Numbered from the whole stretch's first letter, positions 1 to 11,432 are shown. The stretch is 63,814 nt of DNA, filler included, from Octopus bimaculoides (GCF_001194135.2; 5 parts of 4 records of this genome joined end to end with filler, not necessarily neighbours in it); one strand, 5' to 3'. Notes: a model not told the origin generated them from the letters alone. Made by a program: numbers and translations.

Positions 1-232
1 CAAAAAAGGATAATATCTTTTACAAGAATTTTATCAGGAAGCTAGTGTGCAAAAAAATTCGTATGGGAAATTTCTATTCCCAAGAATATACTTATTCGTT
101 TATATATATATATAAAGGGCATTACTACAGAATAATGCCACACACTAGACTTCCCAAATAAACACATTTTACTACCGAACGCAAGGAAAACAACTTTTGA
201 AAGAAACCAACATTTAAAAAAAAATAAACTCA

Positions 233-295
233 ACTATGTATCGACCGATTTCACGATTACCAGAATGAAATCTAGTTTCCGTTCGTCAGCATAGT
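233..295 (-). ncRNA. Type I hammerhead ribozyme, minus strand, complete core
   Basis: Minus strand reads ACUAUG-CUGACGA-ACG gaaa CUAG auuucauu CUGG uaau CGU-GAA-AUCG gu CGAU-A-CAUAGU. Helix I is 6 bp, all core nucleotides are present, and the predicted cleavage follows AUA (between 239 and 238). Confidence 0.8.
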
Positions 296-449
296 ATAGT
301 ATCAACACGAGTACCGAGAACAACTCAGAAAGATTCCTGCTTTTTTACCGATGTATGTGGATAAACATCATTCCCTTTGCTGGGCCGGATACATGCGTGT
401 TCGTTTTGGTAAGGTGAGAATTCTGTTTATTTGTATAAGTTGATACTAT

Positions 450-512
450 ACTATGCTGACGAACAGAAACTAGATTTCATTCTGGTAATTGTGAAATCGG
501 TCGATACATAGT
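450..512 (+). ncRNA. Type I hammerhead ribozyme, plus strand, complete core
   Basis: Helix I 450-455/507-512, CUGACGA 456-462, helix II ACA(463-465)/UGU(490-492) plus CUAG/CUGG, GAAA 493-496, helix III AUCG/CGAU, AUA triplet with predicted cleavage after 506. Confidence 0.8.
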
Positions 513-636
513 TGAATTTATTTTTTTGTAAATGTTGGTTTCTTTCAAAAGTTGTTTTCCTCGCATTCGGTACTAAAATGTGTTTATTTGGGAAGTCTAG
601 TGTGTGGCATTATTCTGTAGTAATGCCCTTTATATA

Positions 637-1140
637 TGTAGTGAACACCACTCTTTCCCACTGTTATAAATATAATCAAGTTCGGGCGTAGCAGAGAGCA
701 GCCTGCTGTATCCATCACATGACTGACTATTCTTTGCGCGGGTAAATTATCTCCATTTGCCCCCAGGACGCAAACTGACCAACCACAGTCACTAATAAGA
801 TCACGTGAGAGTGTTTTTTCTAATGCTTCTCTGGAGCCTACCTTCAGCTATAAATAGACTAAATTATACGCGCCTCAGATCGCCTAGATCTGGCCGCCGG
901 CCACACACGCGTAACACAGCCAGCCCGTACAACATCAACCAGCCAGTTCCAGCGACGACATCAACAACACCATCGTTCAGCTACGAACTACAAGCATCGC
1001 CCTCGACGTCGTCAGCAGCAACACGACTCTACGACTACCAGCATCGCCGCCAGCGTCAACATGACTTTCTACACGTACACAAGCTACCAACAACTACCTC
1101 AGCACTTTTCAGTCCTGTTTGTGTGATTCACCTCACCACG
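637..1140 (+). mobile_element. Candidate solo LTR (Gypsy-like)
   Basis: Begins TGTAGTGA and ends TCACCACG (near-inverted termini), has TATAAATA near 848 and is CpG-rich. No clear TSD or PBS. Confidence 0.35.
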
Positions 1141-1217
1141 AAAATAACAGCCAAGAATTTAGCCTGCGAAGAACATCTGTATTCAAGAACCCGGCTTGGC
1201 ATTGAAGCCCTAACATC

Positions 1218-1763
1218 AAGTCGGCGTAAAAGCGAGACAGAGAGAGCGTGATTGGATCGGAGAAGATCTTTTGAAGTTGGCGTTCCGTCCGTCCGTCAGT
1301 GTGTGTGTGTATGTGTATGTGTGTGTGTATGTGTGCTACAATTTTGTTCCTGCTGCAAACTTTTTCTTTCTCTCGGTTTATTTTTGTTTTTTGGCGATTT
1401 TATGATCAGATTCAAAGATACGTTTTAATTTTTTTTTCGTTTATATTATTTGTTTTGAAATGTATTATATAAATACAGGCCAGTAATTCAATGATTGTTA
1501 GTATGAATCAGGAGGCCCTTGTGGATGTAAAATCTTTCATTTTATTTTCGCTTTGCACACACACATGCCTGTACACACAAACACAGACTCACAAGCACAC
1601 ACACACACATACACACACACACACAAGCACAGACACACATACACACACACACACACACATACTCTCACACGCACTCACATCAATTCTTCCGATTCACGCC
1701 AACTTAAAAAGAACTTCCCTCATACAATCGCGCTCCCTGTCTCTTTCGCTTTCATGCCGACTT
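1218..1763. repeat. Degenerate inverted pair (1218-1283 and 1696-1763) with inward (GT)n and (CA)n tracts
   Basis: AAGTCGGCGTAAAAGCGAGACAG...CTTTTGAAGTTGGCGT resembles the reverse complement of ACGCCAACTTAAAAAGAAC...CTTTCATGCCGACTT. Confidence 0.6.
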
Positions 1764-2973
1764 CAAAAGATCTCATTTCCCCCCAACCCCTTATGTTAAA
1801 AAAAATAAATATTTTTTACGGAAACCACCGATGTTATTCAGAAAAGTAAATAGACACAAGTGGTTTTATAAGTGACAGTTGTGTTACTAGTGCCGTAAGA
1901 TGGCCTACATATTTTGTAAGTCGGATCTTTTTTAAAACGGGGGCCACAGTTTTCATTAATGTTTTACGTAGTGTTTTTGGTACCGAAAGACTTTCAAACT
2001 TCGTATACTTATCTATTTTGTGTTATAGAACAGAAAAATATTTTTGTATTCGAATTTATTTCATGTAAAAAATTGTCTTATTTCGATAATTTCAACCAAT
2101 CACTGACAAGTATTCAGTTGTTTATATTTACTCCTTTGGCTGATTAAGCGGTGTAAAGCGTATTTAATCTCCATAGCTTCGTTTTATTTGCTTTTTTCAT
2201 TTTAAATTTGCTTTTTTCATTTTCTAGTTGTCATTTTTAAGGCCATGGGGAAAACAACACTGAGAAAATCCCAGTCAAAATGGAGAAAATCCAACTTATG
2301 TGGATGTCCTGATCCAAAACTCTGCCATTTTTAATAGTCCATTAGAATTTTATTGAAATGGTATCATTTCTCAAATCTCAGGATTTATTTAATTTATATC
2401 TGCTACAAATATGCCAAAACTCAAGTCCTTGTGACTTGTACTCATGGATTTAGCTAGGTCTGAAAACACTGCAAAATTGACTGTTTGTTACATGTAACAA
2501 AACAGGTTTTATGTAAATATTTTTTAAAATTGCCAAAAAATACGGTTTTATTTTCGAACCTAAAAAAAATAAGCAACTGCTATTCCATGGACACTAACAA
2601 TTTGCATAATTTGAAGATGATTATCACCACAATTACAAAGATATGACCTCGCATATATGGTTAATTATTCATTTAGGCCAATTAGGCAAGATTACAATCA
2701 ATTCACTTGCTCAAATTTCACAAATGAGGTATCAAATTTTTTCTATTTGTATGATCTCCAAGAAAAAGTACTGTAGAAGTAACATTTAAATATTTTCAAA
2801 AATTCATAGTGATAAACTTAAAATGTTTTATTTAGATGTTCTGAGGCATAGAAGATGTCTAAAGTAATTTGAGAGACATAGAAGATGTCTAAAGTAAGAA
2901 CAAACAAATGTTGCATTTTGTTTTTCATTGTGGTATTTTATTATTTCTTCTCTATACTGCTCTATCTTATATA

Positions 2974-4395
2974 TCAGGTCATCCCATAAATTCTGTCCGA
3001 ATTTTGAATAAAGAAAACAAATTATCAAATGTTATATTTAATTGAAATTTAATCATCACTTTCCCTGATTATCTATGACTTCCTTCCATCTATTTACAAG
3101 CTTTTTAGTCCCATCAATGTAAAACTCTTTTGGTTTCAAAGCGAAGAATTCTGAAATGTCAGTTTCGACCTCCTCCCAGCTTGTGAAAGTTATGTCCCCC
3201 AAATGATTCTGTAAACTACGAAACAAATGGTAGTATGAAGGAGCAAGGTCGGGAGATTAAGGTGGATGAGAAATTTTTTCCCAACCAAGCTCTTCGATCT
3301 GTGATGTAATCTTTGCTGTGTGGGGTCGTGCATTGTCCTGATGAAACATCACTCCTTTTTGATTCAATAAAGCGGGTCTTTTTTTCTTCAAAGCTTGGTT
3401 CAAACGCTCTAATTGCTGACAGTAAGACTTGAATATTGATTGTAGCATTAGGTGGTAACAATTCAAAGTGAATTACTCCTTTGCAATCCCACCAGATAGA
3501 GAGAAGAATCTTTTTTCCTATGAAGTTCCCTTCTCGGTTGTGGTTGAGCTTTTTTCCTTTTACCAAGCCACTGTTTACAACGTTTAACATTTCGATAGAA
3601 GATCCATTTTCCATCACTAGTCACATGTCTATCCAAAAAGGGTGAAATGAGTTTGCGAGAATGGAAAGAAGAGCAGATGTCAACTCGGGATTTGCAGTTG
3701 CTTTCAGACAATTCATGAAGCACCCATTTTCCAAGTTTAAGAACCTTTCCAAGTTGTTGAANNNNNNNNNNNNNNNNNNNNNNNNNNNNNNNNNNNNNNN
3801 NNNNNNNNNNNNNNNNNNNNNNNNNNNNNNNNNNNNNNNNNNNNNNNNNNNNNNNNNNNNNNNNNNNNNNNNNNNNNNNNNNNNNNNNNNNNNNNNNNNN
3901 NNNNNNNNNNNNNNNNNNNNNNNNNNNNNNNNNNNNNNNNNNNNNNNNNNNNNNNNNNNNNNNNNNNNNNNNNNNNNNNNNNNNNNNNNNNNNNNNNNNN
4001 NNNNNNNNNNNNNNNNNNNNNNNNNNNNNNNNNNNNNNNNNNNNNNNNNNNNNNNNNNNNNNNNNNNNNNNNNNNNNNNNNNNNNNNNNNNNNNNNNNNN
4101 NNNNNNNNNNNNNNNNNNNNNNNNNNNNNNNNNNNNNNNNNNNNNNNNNNNNNNNNNNNNNNNNNNNNNNNNNNNNNNNNNNNNNNNNNNNNNNNNNNNN
4201 NNNNNNNNNNNNNNNNNAAGGGTCTTAATCAAAGAAATTTTAATATTATTATTCCGTAAAATAATACTTAATTAGTTTAAATGTACACAAATGCATAAAA
4301 ATAATTTTTAATTCCATTAGACATTCTAAAATACTATTAAATTTCATTCAATTTTAAAAAAGGTAAAATCGGACAGAACTTATGGGATGACCTGA
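2974..4395 (-). mobile_element. Mariner (Tc1/mariner DD34D-type) transposon, inactive, both TIRs and TA TSD present, N gap inside
   Basis: 27-bp TIRs TCAGGTCATCCCATAA(A/G)TTCTGTCCGA at 2974-3000 and 4369-4395, each flanked by TA. Frameshifted transposase motifs VTSDGKW, LLSIWWDCKGVIHFELLP, FHQDNARPH, HPP. Confidence 0.93.
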
Positions 4396-4577
4396 TACTT
4401 GCTCTTCATAATCTCACCAAGATAATACTTGTTGTCCAATGGGTTCCTGTTTTTGCAAAGACAAGTTCCTATGATTAATATCAAATTATTTTATACATTG
4501 TATTATTTTGCATCATGGACTTCATGCTCCTTATTTGTAAAAATCGGTCCTGTCAGTATTTATTCTTTTGTTTGTAG

Positions 4578-4635
4578 ATAATGGAATTCAATCTGTTATA
4601 CTTGAAATACTTATTAATTATGCAATGCTCCTGTT
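4578..4635 (+). other. Candidate 58-bp internal exon of an unidentified host gene
   Basis: Polypyrimidine acceptor TATTCTTTTGTTTGTAG and donor GTAAGT. One open frame reads (D)NGIQSVILEILINYAMLL. No homology recognised. Confidence 0.3.
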
Positions 4636-4985
4636 GTAAGTAACATTATGTTTCTGATATAAACACTTTTTTTGAGTGGGGGGGATTTTTAATTACCATT
4701 TTGTAGAATTTAATCATATCTGCTGTTGTTTAACCCTAAGGCTAGCACTGATCAAGCAGAATTATGTTTAAAGGCATATTCCTATGTGGGTATCATATAT
4801 TGTTGTCCAGCTTAATTTTCCTTTGCTAAGATGGTAAGCTGTAATTTGTGATGAATTTGGCTACTATTTCTAGCAGGCTGATTTGGACCTGCCTGTCTAC
4901 ATCTATTATCATAGCTACTGCATGTCAGCACAGATATGACTGCGGGATCTAGAAGTTAAGTGCCGGCAGGTATGCCTAGGTGCAA

Positions 4986-5190
4986 GAGCAGCGGTGTGGT
5001 AAGGAGCTTGCTTCTCAACCACATGGTTCTGGGTTCAGTCTCACTGCATGAAACCTTGGGCAAGTGTCTTCCACTACAGCCCCAGAACAAAGCCTTATGA
5101 ATGGCTCTTGTAGATGGACACAATGAAGAAGCCCATTGTATGTGTACGTACATACATACAAACATATATACATGTTTGTGTGCGTGTGGG
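4986..5190 (+). mobile_element. tRNA-derived SINE head with CCTTGGGCAAG domain followed by a microsatellite
   Basis: A-box-like GGTGTGGTAAG, B-box-like GGTTCAGTC, then CCTTGGGCAAGTGTCTT (CORE/Meta/V-like motif). Repeated at many sites in the window. Confidence 0.75.
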
Positions 5191-5204
5191 AGTACAGCAT
5201 GGGA

Positions 5205-7853
5205 GCTTTTATGTGACACCTCATGGGTGCTTTTACGTGACACTGCCATGAATCCTTTGCATTACCAGAGGGACCAGTCTTAACATTTCTACTGTGGAGT
5301 ATGGGTCTTCTTGAGTACAGCAAGGCACCAGGTATCTTTGTCCTTTGTCATCTTGCCAGAAAAGTCAGCATCCTGAGGATGTTCTTCATCCTATGTCTTC
5401 CTGGGTGTTCCACTTCCACATATTCAATCTGCTTTGAAAGATCAGCACTTCTTTATGGAGCTGTCAGCATCCATCTGCATCACATGACCAAACCAGTGCA
5501 GTCTTCTCTCTTGCACACAGCAACTAATTTCTCTTATTCCTAACTTCTCTCTCTCAATACACTAGCACTCTGTCATACATGTACACTCACACTACACATC
5601 CAATGGAGCATACTAACCTCATTCCTTCCTAACCTTTGCATATCCTCTGCATTCAGGGCCAACATCTCACTACCATGTAGAATTGCTGTCTGTATACATG
5701 CATCATACAATCTTCCTTTCAGAGAAAACTTTTGTGGCCAACAAAGGTAACAGCTCTCTGAATTTCCTCTGTTCTATTCTTATTCAAGTTATCACATTCT
5801 CTGTGCATCCTCCCCCACTACTAATTTGGTCCTCTAGGTTGCAGAAATTACATACTACCTCTAATGAGCCACCAAGGCATTTGAGAGAATCAATTTCCTG
5901 AGCTTTTATGGATTATGTACATCTTCCACATGCGAAAACTATCTTCTCTGATAATCTTCCTATTAATCCACTGCACCTCTTGTGTATCCATAGCTAACAC
6001 TGAGCACACTATATGGAGTTACTGTCTACACCTTTCCTACAAATCGAACAGGGTCACTTACCTAAGTGAGGTAGAGTCTTGTTAGATTTCTTGCTTAATA
6101 AAACCTTAGCTTTTGTTAAGTTAACTTTAATGACCTTAGATTTCAGGTTTTATTTTCGCACCTAGTTTTTCTCATCTAGCTCTGATATGGAATCCACTAT
6201 GAGGGTAAGATCATCAGCATATAGTAGTTCCCAGGAGCTGCTGGTCTTGAATTCTTCTGTTATGGCCTGGAGGAAGATATTGAAAAAGCGGGGACTAAGT
6301 ACTCAGCCTTAATGACTCCCTGCCTGTACACCAAATTCTTCACTGTACTCTTGGTTAATTTTCACCTTATTGACAGCATCTTTGTTCGTGGCCCATACAG
6401 CTTTCACCAGTCTATCCCTGGCCTCCTTCTCAGACCCCACCACATCACGCTGCATGGTACTTTATTGAAGGGTTTCTCTAGATCAATGAATGCCAAGTAT
6501 AATGGTTTATTCTTAGCTTAATACTTCTCTTGTAGTTACCTGACAATTAAAGTAGTGTCAGTAGTGTTTCTTCCCCAGACAAGCCAAATTGCATTTCATA
6601 CAGCCTAATTCTGCTCCTAATTAATTGGGCTATAACTCTCTCCATAATTTTCATCAACTGATCCAGGAGTTTGATGCCTCTATAGTTGCTTCTATCTAAA
6701 GCATCACCCATACTAACAATTATGCTACTTTGTCAATCACTGGGTATTACACCTTCCTCAATGACCTGATTAATAACTATGCATGGGAGTAGCCCATCTC
6801 TTACCTTACTGGATATTTTGAGCATTTCAGCTGTGATTCTTGATGGATCAGGTGCTTTTCTAGAGTTCATGATTTTAATTACTTTATCTACCATACTGCT
6901 ATCCATGAGGATAGCCAGTCCCTCTGTTGGGTTTACCCAAGGAAGTCTCCCTTTATCCCATTCAGTACCTACAGTCATCAATCTCACATTAACTTTTGCA
7001 TGCCTCTTTCTTGTCCACACCACTATGTACAAGCATGCTATTATCCATCCACATGCATTTCTCTCCTACAATATTTTCTCACTGACATACTGTCTAGCAA
7101 TCAGGAACACTTTAAGTTTCTGATCTTCACACTGTAAGACATTGGTACACCTCTTCTTTTCTGCTTCTACCCTAACTAGATAGACCTGATGTCTAGCCTT
7201 TCTTTTAGCCTTCTGCTATGATTCTTTACTACCACACTCCTCTTTTCCACTCTTTCCAGACCTGTCTCTTCTCTATTATGACCCAGTCAACGTCACTGTT
7301 CACACTTGGTCTGGTGGAGGCTTTGCTTCAACCAAAAATTTGTTTGTCTGTTTCTCTTAGTAGATTGTCCTGCAAGAACTTCCAGTTGTCCTCTATGTCA
7401 TATGTCTCTATCACTCTCTTCTCATCATAGACCTTCTCGAGGACTTCTCTAAATCTCTGTCCATTTGAAGGATCCTTGAGATTCCACAACCTCCTTTTCC
7501 ATATTGGCTTGTCTGGATTTTTCTGGCAATAAGTCTGAAGTCAGTAACCACTAACTTATGCTGAGTTATACATTCTTCCCCTGGGAAATATTTTGTATTT
7601 ATGAGCATGTATCTATCCCTAAGTGTGGTGAGAATGTAGTCAATCTGGTTGGTATGTCCCCCAGATTGATAAGTAATCAAGTGGTTGGCAGGTTTCTGAA
7701 GCTGGTGTTGCAAACCAGTAAGCCATGAGCATCACACAATTTCAGCTGTCTTGTCCTCTCTTCATTTCTGGAGCCAATGCCAAAGCTGTCATGCACACCC
7801 TGAAATCCATCAGACTATTTTCCAACATGTCTATTGAAGTCTCTTGCCATGAT
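5205..7853 (-). mobile_element. RTE-clade LINE, 5'-truncated and degraded (APE end, RT, 3' UTR)
   Basis: Minus-strand motifs DFNRHVGK, NQIDYIL and PGEECITQHKLVVTDF (APE), KAPDPSRITAEMLK, and LYADDL near 6200-6220. The C-terminus matches the 9.9-10.3 kb copy. Confidence 0.9.
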
Positions 7854-7854
7854 G

Positions 7855-8838
7855 CATGTGTGTGTATGTGGGTGCGTGTACGTGGGGTTGTGAGTGTTAG
7901 ATAAGTGCGCATTTGTGTGCGTGTGTGCGCATGTGTGTGTGTGTGTGCGTGTGTGTGTGTATGTGCGTGTATGCGTGTGTGTGCGTGTGTGTATGTGTGC
8001 GTGCGTATATGTATATATTGTGTGTGCACGCATGTGTGTATATGAGTTTGTGTATTCGTGTGTGCGTGAGATTGCGTGCGGGGGTATATGTGCGTTCCTC
8101 TGTGTGTGCGTGCGTGTGCTTACGTGCATGTGTGCGTGTATGTGCGTGTGTGTTTATACCCATGTGTGTGTAATTGTGTGCGTGTCTGTATGAGTGTATG
8201 TTGCGTGTGTGTGGCAGGTATGTGTGTACATGGGCGAGTGTGTGTATGTATGTGTGTGTATATGTGTGTGTGTATGCAAGTATGTGCGTGTGTGTGTATA
8301 TGTGTGTGTGAACGTGGAGATGTGTGTCGAATTATGTTTGCGTTTTGTTGCTTGCATGTGCGCGCGCGCGCGTGTGTATGTGGTTGTGTGTATATGTGTA
8401 CGCTAAATTGTGTGTCTGTGTGTATGTAGGTATGCGTGTCTGTGTATGGGTTAGGTATGTGTGCATTCATGTGCGTGTGTATGTGTGTGCGCGTTTGTGT
8501 ACGTGTGTATGTGCGCGTGTTGTGTGTCTGGTGTGTGTGGGAGGTATATGTGAGGTATATGTGCATGGATGTGTGTGCGCGTGGGTGTATGTGTATGTAT
8601 GCGTATGTGTGTGCGTGTGTGTCTGCGTGCATGTGTGTGTGTGCGCGTATGCGTGTGCATGCATGTGTTTGTGCGTGTGTGGATGTGTGTGTGGATGTAT
8701 GCGTATGTGCCTGTATGTGTGTTGTATGTGTGTGGTATTTATGGGAGGTATATGTGAGTTCATGTGTGTGCACGGGTGCGTGTATTTTTTCGCGTGTTTG
8801 TATATGTACGTGTGTGTGTGTATGTGTGCGTGTATATA
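7855..8838. repeat. About 1-kb degenerate (GT/AT/GC) dinucleotide satellite
   Basis: Alternating purine-pyrimidine sequence. It is the source of the many H/T and C/V-rich spurious ORFs. Confidence 0.95.
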
Positions 8839-8899
8839 GAAGTAAAATATTAATTATAACAAAATAAGGTTGATAGAGAATAAAGAAATTAATACAGTA

Positions 8900-9429
8900 T
8901 AAAATAAGCCACAGGGTGTGACGTAATGGCGGAGGCAACGACTAAGAAAAGTGAGATGGCTAGAGTGGCGAGTTTTTTTAAAAGCAAGTGAGAGAGTTTT
9001 TTTACGGGTTGCAAGTATTGGCGGGGGCGGGGAGAAAACGGCAAAGAAGGGATTGAAGGTACTGGAGGAAGAAGTGGAGATCAGGCATGGTGAGAGGGTG
9101 TGAATGTCGGTGTAGGTGTTATTGGTGGAAAAGAGAAAGGGGAGGAGAGTGGAAGTAGAACAGAAGATAGGTAGAAGGAGGACGAGATAAAGTAGAAGAT
9201 TCACGGACAAATTGTAATGATTCCTAATCAAGGTGCAGAAATGGCGTAATCCGAATGAACAGGAACTGATGAAGGAGATGTTTCTATGTGGCTTGCTTGT
9301 TTGTTGTACCTTGTTTATCATTTTGTCCATGTTCTTTTGCCACGTCATGTACCTAGTTATGTATCTATATGTACATGTAGATGAAGGTATGTACATACAT
9401 GTACATATATATGCATATACTCATATATT

Positions 9430-9445
<16 letters not shown>
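8900..9445. mobile_element. PLE-like terminal fragment related to 45627-46544
   Basis: 9265-9440 (CTGATGAAGGAGATGTTTCTATGTGGCTTG...ATATATGCATATACTCAT...TTGTTTATATA) resembles the 160-bp repeat at 45627/46385. The upstream part is purine-rich. Confidence 0.45.
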
Positions 9446-9461
<16 letters not shown>

Positions 9462-9465
<4 letters not shown>

Positions 9466-9579
9466 TGAAGTATATTTGCTACCTAAAGGTGGCTGATCCA
9501 TAGGGGACGATGCTACTGTTGTTTATAGCATCGTCCCCTATGAGTCAGCCATATTTAGGTGGCAAATACACTTCACGAT
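9462..9579. repeat. About 54-bp-stem hairpin with 10-nt loop
   Basis: ATCGTGAAG...CATAGGGGACGATGCTA ctgttgttta TAGCATCGTCCCCTATG...CTTCACGAT. The inner 17 bp are perfect, with about 6 mismatches outside. Confidence 0.9.
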
Positions 9580-9620
9580 TTTGTGCTGCTACTGTTTACA
9601 TCTCGCTCAGAGATTTATTA

Positions 9621-9684
<64 letters not shown>

Positions 9685-9821
9685 NNNNNNNNNNNNNNNN
9701 NNNNNNNNNNNNNNNNNNNNNNNNNNNNNNNNNNNNNNNNNNNNNNNNNNNNNNNNNNNNNNNNNNNNNNNNNNNNNNNNNNNNNNNNNNNNNNNNNNNN
9801 NNNNNNNNNNNNNNNNNNNNN

Positions 9822-9885
<64 letters not shown>

Positions 9886-9886
9886 G

Positions 9887-10460
9887 AGAGTGAAGCTACT
9901 AGAATAAGAACAGGCTGGGCAAACTTCAGAGAGCTCCTGCCTTTGCTAGTAACCAAAGGCCTCTCTCTCAGAGTGAACGGTAGACTGTATTATGTCTGTG
10001 TGCGAACAGCCATGCTATACGGTAATGTTAATGTGCCTGTACGGCAAAGTGTAAGCGTCTTGAGAGAAAAGCTGGGTATAAGAGGTATTAAATATGCCGT
10101 GCAAGAGAGACGACTGCGCTGGTATGGTCATGTGATGCGTATGGATATGGACAGTTGTGTGAAGAAGTGCCCCACTCTGATGGTGAAGGGAACTTCTGGA
10201 AGAGTTAGACCCAGGAAGACATGGGACGAGGTTGTGAAGCATGAACTTCAAATGTTGGACCTCACGGAGGCAATGACAAGTGACCAAGACGTTTGGCGAT
10301 ATGCTGTGCTTGAGAAGGCAGGCCGAGCTGAGTGAGTTCCTAGGCATGGCCAACGTCAGTGTCTTGCAACTGGCATGTAACGTAAAATCACCCCTTAAAC
10401 GTTGGGTGATACGCTGTGCTTGAGAAGACCTATCAAACCAAGTGTGATCGTAGCTGAAGG
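9887..10460 (+). mobile_element. RTE LINE 3' fragment
   Basis: RIRTGWANFRELLPLL, QERRLRWYGHVMRMD and GRVRPRKTWDEVV, followed by a 3' UTR shared with the 5.2-kb copy. Confidence 0.9.
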
Positions 10461-11430
10461 CAATTCATCAAAGAGCGATTTTCACAAACAACTATTTCTT
10501 TCTCACCTACCCACTAACGTCCAAACCATCCTCGCACCCATGTGCGACATCAGTACCATTGAACAACTGGTGACATCAGCCGATAAAATAATGGATATAA
10601 CCACTCCGACATTACCTTCTCCTTCTCCTTCCCTTACCATAGCGGCTATAGCATTCCAGTTCCAGGATTTTCGACACACCAGGAAAAAACAATACCTGGT
10701 AGTGGAAGTTCGCAACCTCCGTTTGGAAAGGAATACAGCTCCACGTGCTAGACACCGAACTCCCTCTAGATCTCTATCTAGACATCGGTACGTCGGTAAT
10801 AAGGGATCGATATGTTACCACATACCTATTTCGGCGCCAAGGTAAGGAATTGCACACTACTTTGCTCATATAATACCCAGGGAAACACCTGAAGGGAGCA
10901 ATAAGAATGGCTACTGTCTCTGGTATCACTCCACCAAGTCGTGCAATTTTTACCAAGGATGAAATTTCCCAGAAAAACTTCCTGGTTGATTCAGGTGCTG
11001 CCTGTAGTTTCTGGCTAGCCAAATATATGCACAGAAAACCTTGTCCTACAGCCACTACCTTGCAAGCAGTCAACCATTCACCCATCACCACAAATAGCGA
11101 AATTTCTCTCACCTTGAATATACGACTCAGACGAGGCTTCCAGTGGGTTTTTCTAGTTGCCGATCTGCCGTACCTGATACTTGGGAGCAGATTTTCTCTC
11201 CCATTTTCTTTGCTGGTCAATCTGAACAACAGACAACTTCTAGACGCAAATCAGTGTACGTGGCACTGACTGATTTGTTTCCACAGTCAGCCCGTTTTTC
11301 TTTGTCGCTGCTGCTGCCAGCAAATACCACGCATTGTTGAAGTCTTTCCTGGAGTTAACGAAACCCATGTCCTATGGAAAGGAGAAATCATTCTCCGTAG
11401 AACACCATATTTCGACCACGGGCCCTCCTA
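10460..11430 (+). mobile_element. Gypsy LTR-retrotransposon gag and aspartic protease fragment (pseudogenised)
   Basis: Gag-like QLFLSHLPTNVQTILA, protease FLVDSGA, RRGFQWVFLVADLPYLILG, and linker HHISTTGPP. Confidence 0.85.
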
Positions 11431-11432
11431 TT

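Larger units (their letters stand above)
109..637. mobile_element. Foldback element with about 198-bp inverted arms (109-306 and 439-637) and a 132-bp spacer, flanked by TA/(TA)n; each arm contains a hammerhead ribozyme
   Basis: The right arm is the reverse complement of the left with few mismatches (AAAGGGCATTACTACAGAATAATGCCACACACTAGACTTCCC... versus ...GGGAAGTCTAGTGTGTGGCATTATTCTGTAGTAATGCCCTTT). Confidence 0.9.

Noticed and set aside
805-1251. 148-aa ORF
   Set aside because: Low-complexity, no recognisable domain, and it lies within the candidate LTR.
6205-6220. Minus-strand CTGATGA
   Set aside because: It is the coding sequence of the RTE LYADDL motif.
7742-8938. His/Thr-rich and Cys/Val-rich ORFs, and poly-L/N/I/E/S ORFs elsewhere
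   Set aside because: They are translations of microsatellites.
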